NCBI GenBank assembly: GCA_016234585.1
Contig: JACRBB010000031.1
Span: 1 to 46,274, forward strand
Direction: 5' to 3'
Length of the DNA stretch: 46,274 nt
Origin: Candidatus Saccharimonadota bacterium
Lineage (GTDB): Bacteria > Patescibacteriota > Saccharimonadia > Saccharimonadales > UBA10212
Every line of letters starts with the position of its first letter. The first letter of the stretch is position 1. The translations under genes were made by a program, and so were the position numbers. Below are positions 45,001 to 46,274 of the stretch, one piece after another. The notes beneath the pieces were generated by a model that saw only the letters and a list, made by a program, of their open reading frames with translations, searched no databases and had not been told where the DNA came from.

Positions 45001-46274
45001 GTAGACGGAGTACCGTCGTCAACTGTCAACTGACAGCTACCTGTATTACTTACCACAACTTTTATCTCGATCTTATGCCATGATCCGGTGCTTAGGGCGC
45101 CACCAGTTACGCAGTCACCACCTGCGCCACCGGTTAGGGGAGCTGAGTAAACAGCAATGTTACCGCCAGCTTGGCGGTAAGCAGTTATCTCAGAGGCAGC
45201 AAAGCCATCGGTGCTATTGTACAGGCTGAATAAAGTGACTTTGGTACTTGTAGATGCAATATTTACATAACCCCTGGCGTACATGGTGGCCGCGCCAGAT
45301 ATATTCTTTTCCCTGTATGCAAAACTTGCCGTTGGGTTTACTTTTGCCGAATAGCCGCCAGCGAATACGGTTGCCGTGTCTATGCTTGAGGTACCGACCG
45401 TAGCATTCCACAATCCATAAGTACCGGTTTCGAAATTATCGCTAAAGGCTCGATTGCCCGTGACTGAACCAACTGCCAGTCTTCCGCTGAAAACTCCTTG
45501 ATTGACGGTATCTACACCAAGGTAATTTGTACCAGCTGCGTTCTGGACTTGGAAGGCAGTGGTGGAGTTGGTTTGGTTCCTAAAGGCAGTGGCGCCGCCG
45601 TCGGCAATATCCAAAACATTTTGTGAAGTAGCCGTAGTGTCGGTAACCCTAAATAAGCTGCCAGTACTTCCTGTGCCACTAACAGCTAAAAGAGCGGCTG
45701 GATCGGACCCGCTAGCCGTGCCAATACCTACATTTTGATTAGTACCCAAAACAATTGCCCGGCCATTATTAATGTCTATTACCCCCTGGCCAGTATTCTC
45801 TTGCCAAAAACCAAATCCAGAGGTATCAAGGCTGCCAAAAGTATTATTATTTATCAGCAAGGCATAGGAATTTCTGTCGGGTGAAGTTAATTTTAATACA
45901 TCTGCTGTTTGGCCAGTTGTGCCTTGGATAGTTGCCACTACACTACTGCTGCTGGCCGATTGGATATTGAAGTTGGCGTTACTCTGGGTAGACGTCCCAT
46001 TCTGTATGTAGCTACCGGAACCACTAGATGCAGCATAGCCAGTACAGACAGAGCCTGTGGAACAAAGCGTGCCATTCTCGGCAGGTAGGTTAAGGGTGTA
46101 GGCGGTACTGGATGGGCTTAGGGGCACCAGGCTTATGGAGCCGGTTTGGGCAGTAAAGTTAAACTTAAGATTACCGGTTACACCAGATGCACCCGAGTTG
46201 CCTAAACTTACAATGCCACCAGAAGTATCGGCAGTTAGAACGTTCTTGCCAGCGGCGTTTTGGATCTGGAAGGC
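42006..46274 (-). CDS. Giant secreted/surface protein with tail-fibre-like architecture, 5'-truncated by the window end
   Basis: The tracked ORF starts at a GTG at 46127. Hand translation shows the frame stays open to 46274 (AFQIQNAAGKNVLTADTSGG…), and 4269 nt is 1423 codons. The motif FQ[VI][QM]N[AV]AG.N.L..DT recurs at least 3 times. The protein also has a LamG-like insert, a Gly/Thr-rich region, 7 Cys-pair blades and a Peptidase_G2-like C-terminal region. Confidence 0.85.
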   Translation of the reverse strand, partial: AFQIQNAAGKNVLTADTSGGIVSLGNSGASGVTGNLKFNFTAQTGSISLVPLSPSSTAYTLNLPAENGTLCSTGSVCTGYAASSGSGSYIQNGTSTQSNANFNIQSASSSSVVATIQGTTGQTADVLKLTSPDRNSYALLINNNTFGSLDTSGFGFWQENTGQGVIDINNGRAIVLGTNQNVGIGTASGSDPAALLAVSGTGSTGSLFRVTDTTATSQNVLDIADGGATAFRNQTNSTTAFQVQNAAGTNYLGVDTVNQGVFSGRLAVGSVTGNRAFSDNFETGTYGLWNATVGTSSIDTATVFAGGYSAKVNPTASFAYREKNISGAATMYARGYVNIASTSTKVTLFSLYNSTDGFAASEITAYRQAGGNIAVYSAPLTGGAGGDCVTGGALSTGSWHKIEIKVVVSNTGSCQLTVDDGTPSTSGSVDTLATTTNPNRFSIGSHNGSETDVTYFDELSVDTQAIDNSGSLTVQDTLHAGGSATFSGAALFQNAADSSSSFQVMNVAGNTYLSVDTSGATVSVGNTGIASTVQIGNTTGAVAQTISIGNNATASSTTALTVGNLLGTSATTIQGGTGASAIAIQAGNAGTITIGSQTGSTANTINIGAAGSTTNSDNVSINNTSGTNSGTITLGGTGAASGTITIGQATTANNTISIGSGNLTAATQTITLGGGTTTTSGGLVLNLGTGVPGASTTKTIHIGDGGTTTGTVGITIGSIGAAAHTTTIQGGNGAGAVSIQAAASGSVYIGTTNSNNLFVGGNILAFAAPTGGATSQTATNVDTTGDVGIDTEIKIGGDGLGVISYYDNTNHDLKVAHCSNAACTSATTTSPDTGGDVGQYSSMAIAPDGFPIISYYDITNTALKVIKCGNADCTSGNTTTTLDSQGANNTGQYTSIAIGIDGFAVISYYYATGGDLYVKHCTNATCSTSDTATALDTTNTTGQDTSIAIGTDGYPVISYYYATGLDLKFVKCNNLSCSSFATPVSLDTAQDDGAYSTMAIGTDGYPVIAYQQGTGTVGMKVAKCLNTGCTGTPTLTIVDSSVANVGAYTSLALGQDGYPVISYKDSTNSSLRVAKCGNASCSTGNTLTTVDVDAGSPVYGNYSSLVVAADGLPLISEYDSFGSDLNLRVVKCANPACSQTTGGSITGGSNIGSVTNYFNDIYAANYYGKTFSISNFDLAEEYSVEDNSLQPGEIVALNTATGKLKRAAPGDRPNLLGVVSTKPGLALRDYEHPSDDKKLIALAGKVPLKVKGDINIGDPITISDTDGVGVKAQSGGMIVGRALENHTGDNIDSITIFVQTQQYFNICDLQGDSGIAMDINVGKLAATNLTVNGDSTFNGNITLKGHVIGNSDTAGTVTILTGQNGITYSFAKPYASAPFVVVTATSDVGNLRYWVVKTPQQFKINLSGPAPANLQFDYLVQQ
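42858..43931 (-). repeat. Seven tandem ~50-aa protein repeats (putative 7-bladed propeller) inside the giant protein
   Basis: Repeat consensus D..G..G.Y[ST]S[IM]AIG.DG[FY]PVISYY…DLKV.KC.N..C. It covers aa 733-1090 of the tracked ORF. The copies have diverged at the nucleotide level. Confidence 0.75.

Noticed and set aside
1-46274. Search for CRISPR arrays, rRNA, tRNA, IS elements, integrases, and parS (TGTTNCACGTGAAACA-like) near parAB.
   Set aside because: By eye I found no regularly spaced direct repeats, no tRNA cloverleaf, no transposase or integrase-like ORF, and no parS-like palindrome. The intergenic regions are short. A tRNAscan, Infernal and repeat-finder run would be the definitive check.

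Overview
This 46.3 kb window is a tightly packed housekeeping backbone, mostly on the minus strand. It carries secA, an M16 peptidase, prfB, serS, class I lysK, greA, proS, proB, rseP, frr, tsf, rpsB, rpmE, prfA, prmC, htrA, an LCP gene, lepB and parAB.

The gene content suggests a small-genome monoderm. The clues are class I LysRS, a minimal ProRS, short intergenic regions, a giant surface protein and LCP/HtrA envelope genes. It may be a CPR/Patescibacteria (Saccharimonadia-like) organism. That taxonomic call is inference only.

The main finding is a mosaic accessory region of about 9.5 kb (about 20.5-30.1 kb) that splits the normally contiguous rpsB-tsf-frr-rseP neighbourhood in two places.

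- Its largest block is clearly more GC-rich, with G/C dominating third codon positions and long antisense shadow ORFs.
- That block encodes a processive GT2 beta-glycan synthase, a membrane-anchored galactose/glyoxal-oxidase-like radical copper oxidase, and a GH6 lipoprotein glucanase.
- This is the cslA-glxA-cslZ architecture known from Streptomyces hyphal-tip glycan synthesis.
- A second GC-rich block on the other side of frr encodes three orphan secreted or membrane-anchored proteins.
- Every GC-rich gene sits between AT-rich promoter-like and terminator-like sequences that resemble the host backbone. No integrase, transposase or tRNA is visible at the borders.

Other notable items:

- A heliorhodopsin with all key residues conserved, followed 4 nt later by a candidate 34-aa transmembrane micropeptide.
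- A 5'-truncated surface protein of more than 1423 aa with tail-fibre-like architecture. It contains a LamG-like insert, a Gly/Thr-rich beta-helix-like region, seven ~50-aa blades each with a CxNxxC pair, and a Peptidase_G2/IMC-like C-terminal region.

No rRNA, tRNA or CRISPR array was found. All homology statements rest on motif recognition by eye and were not checked against any database.
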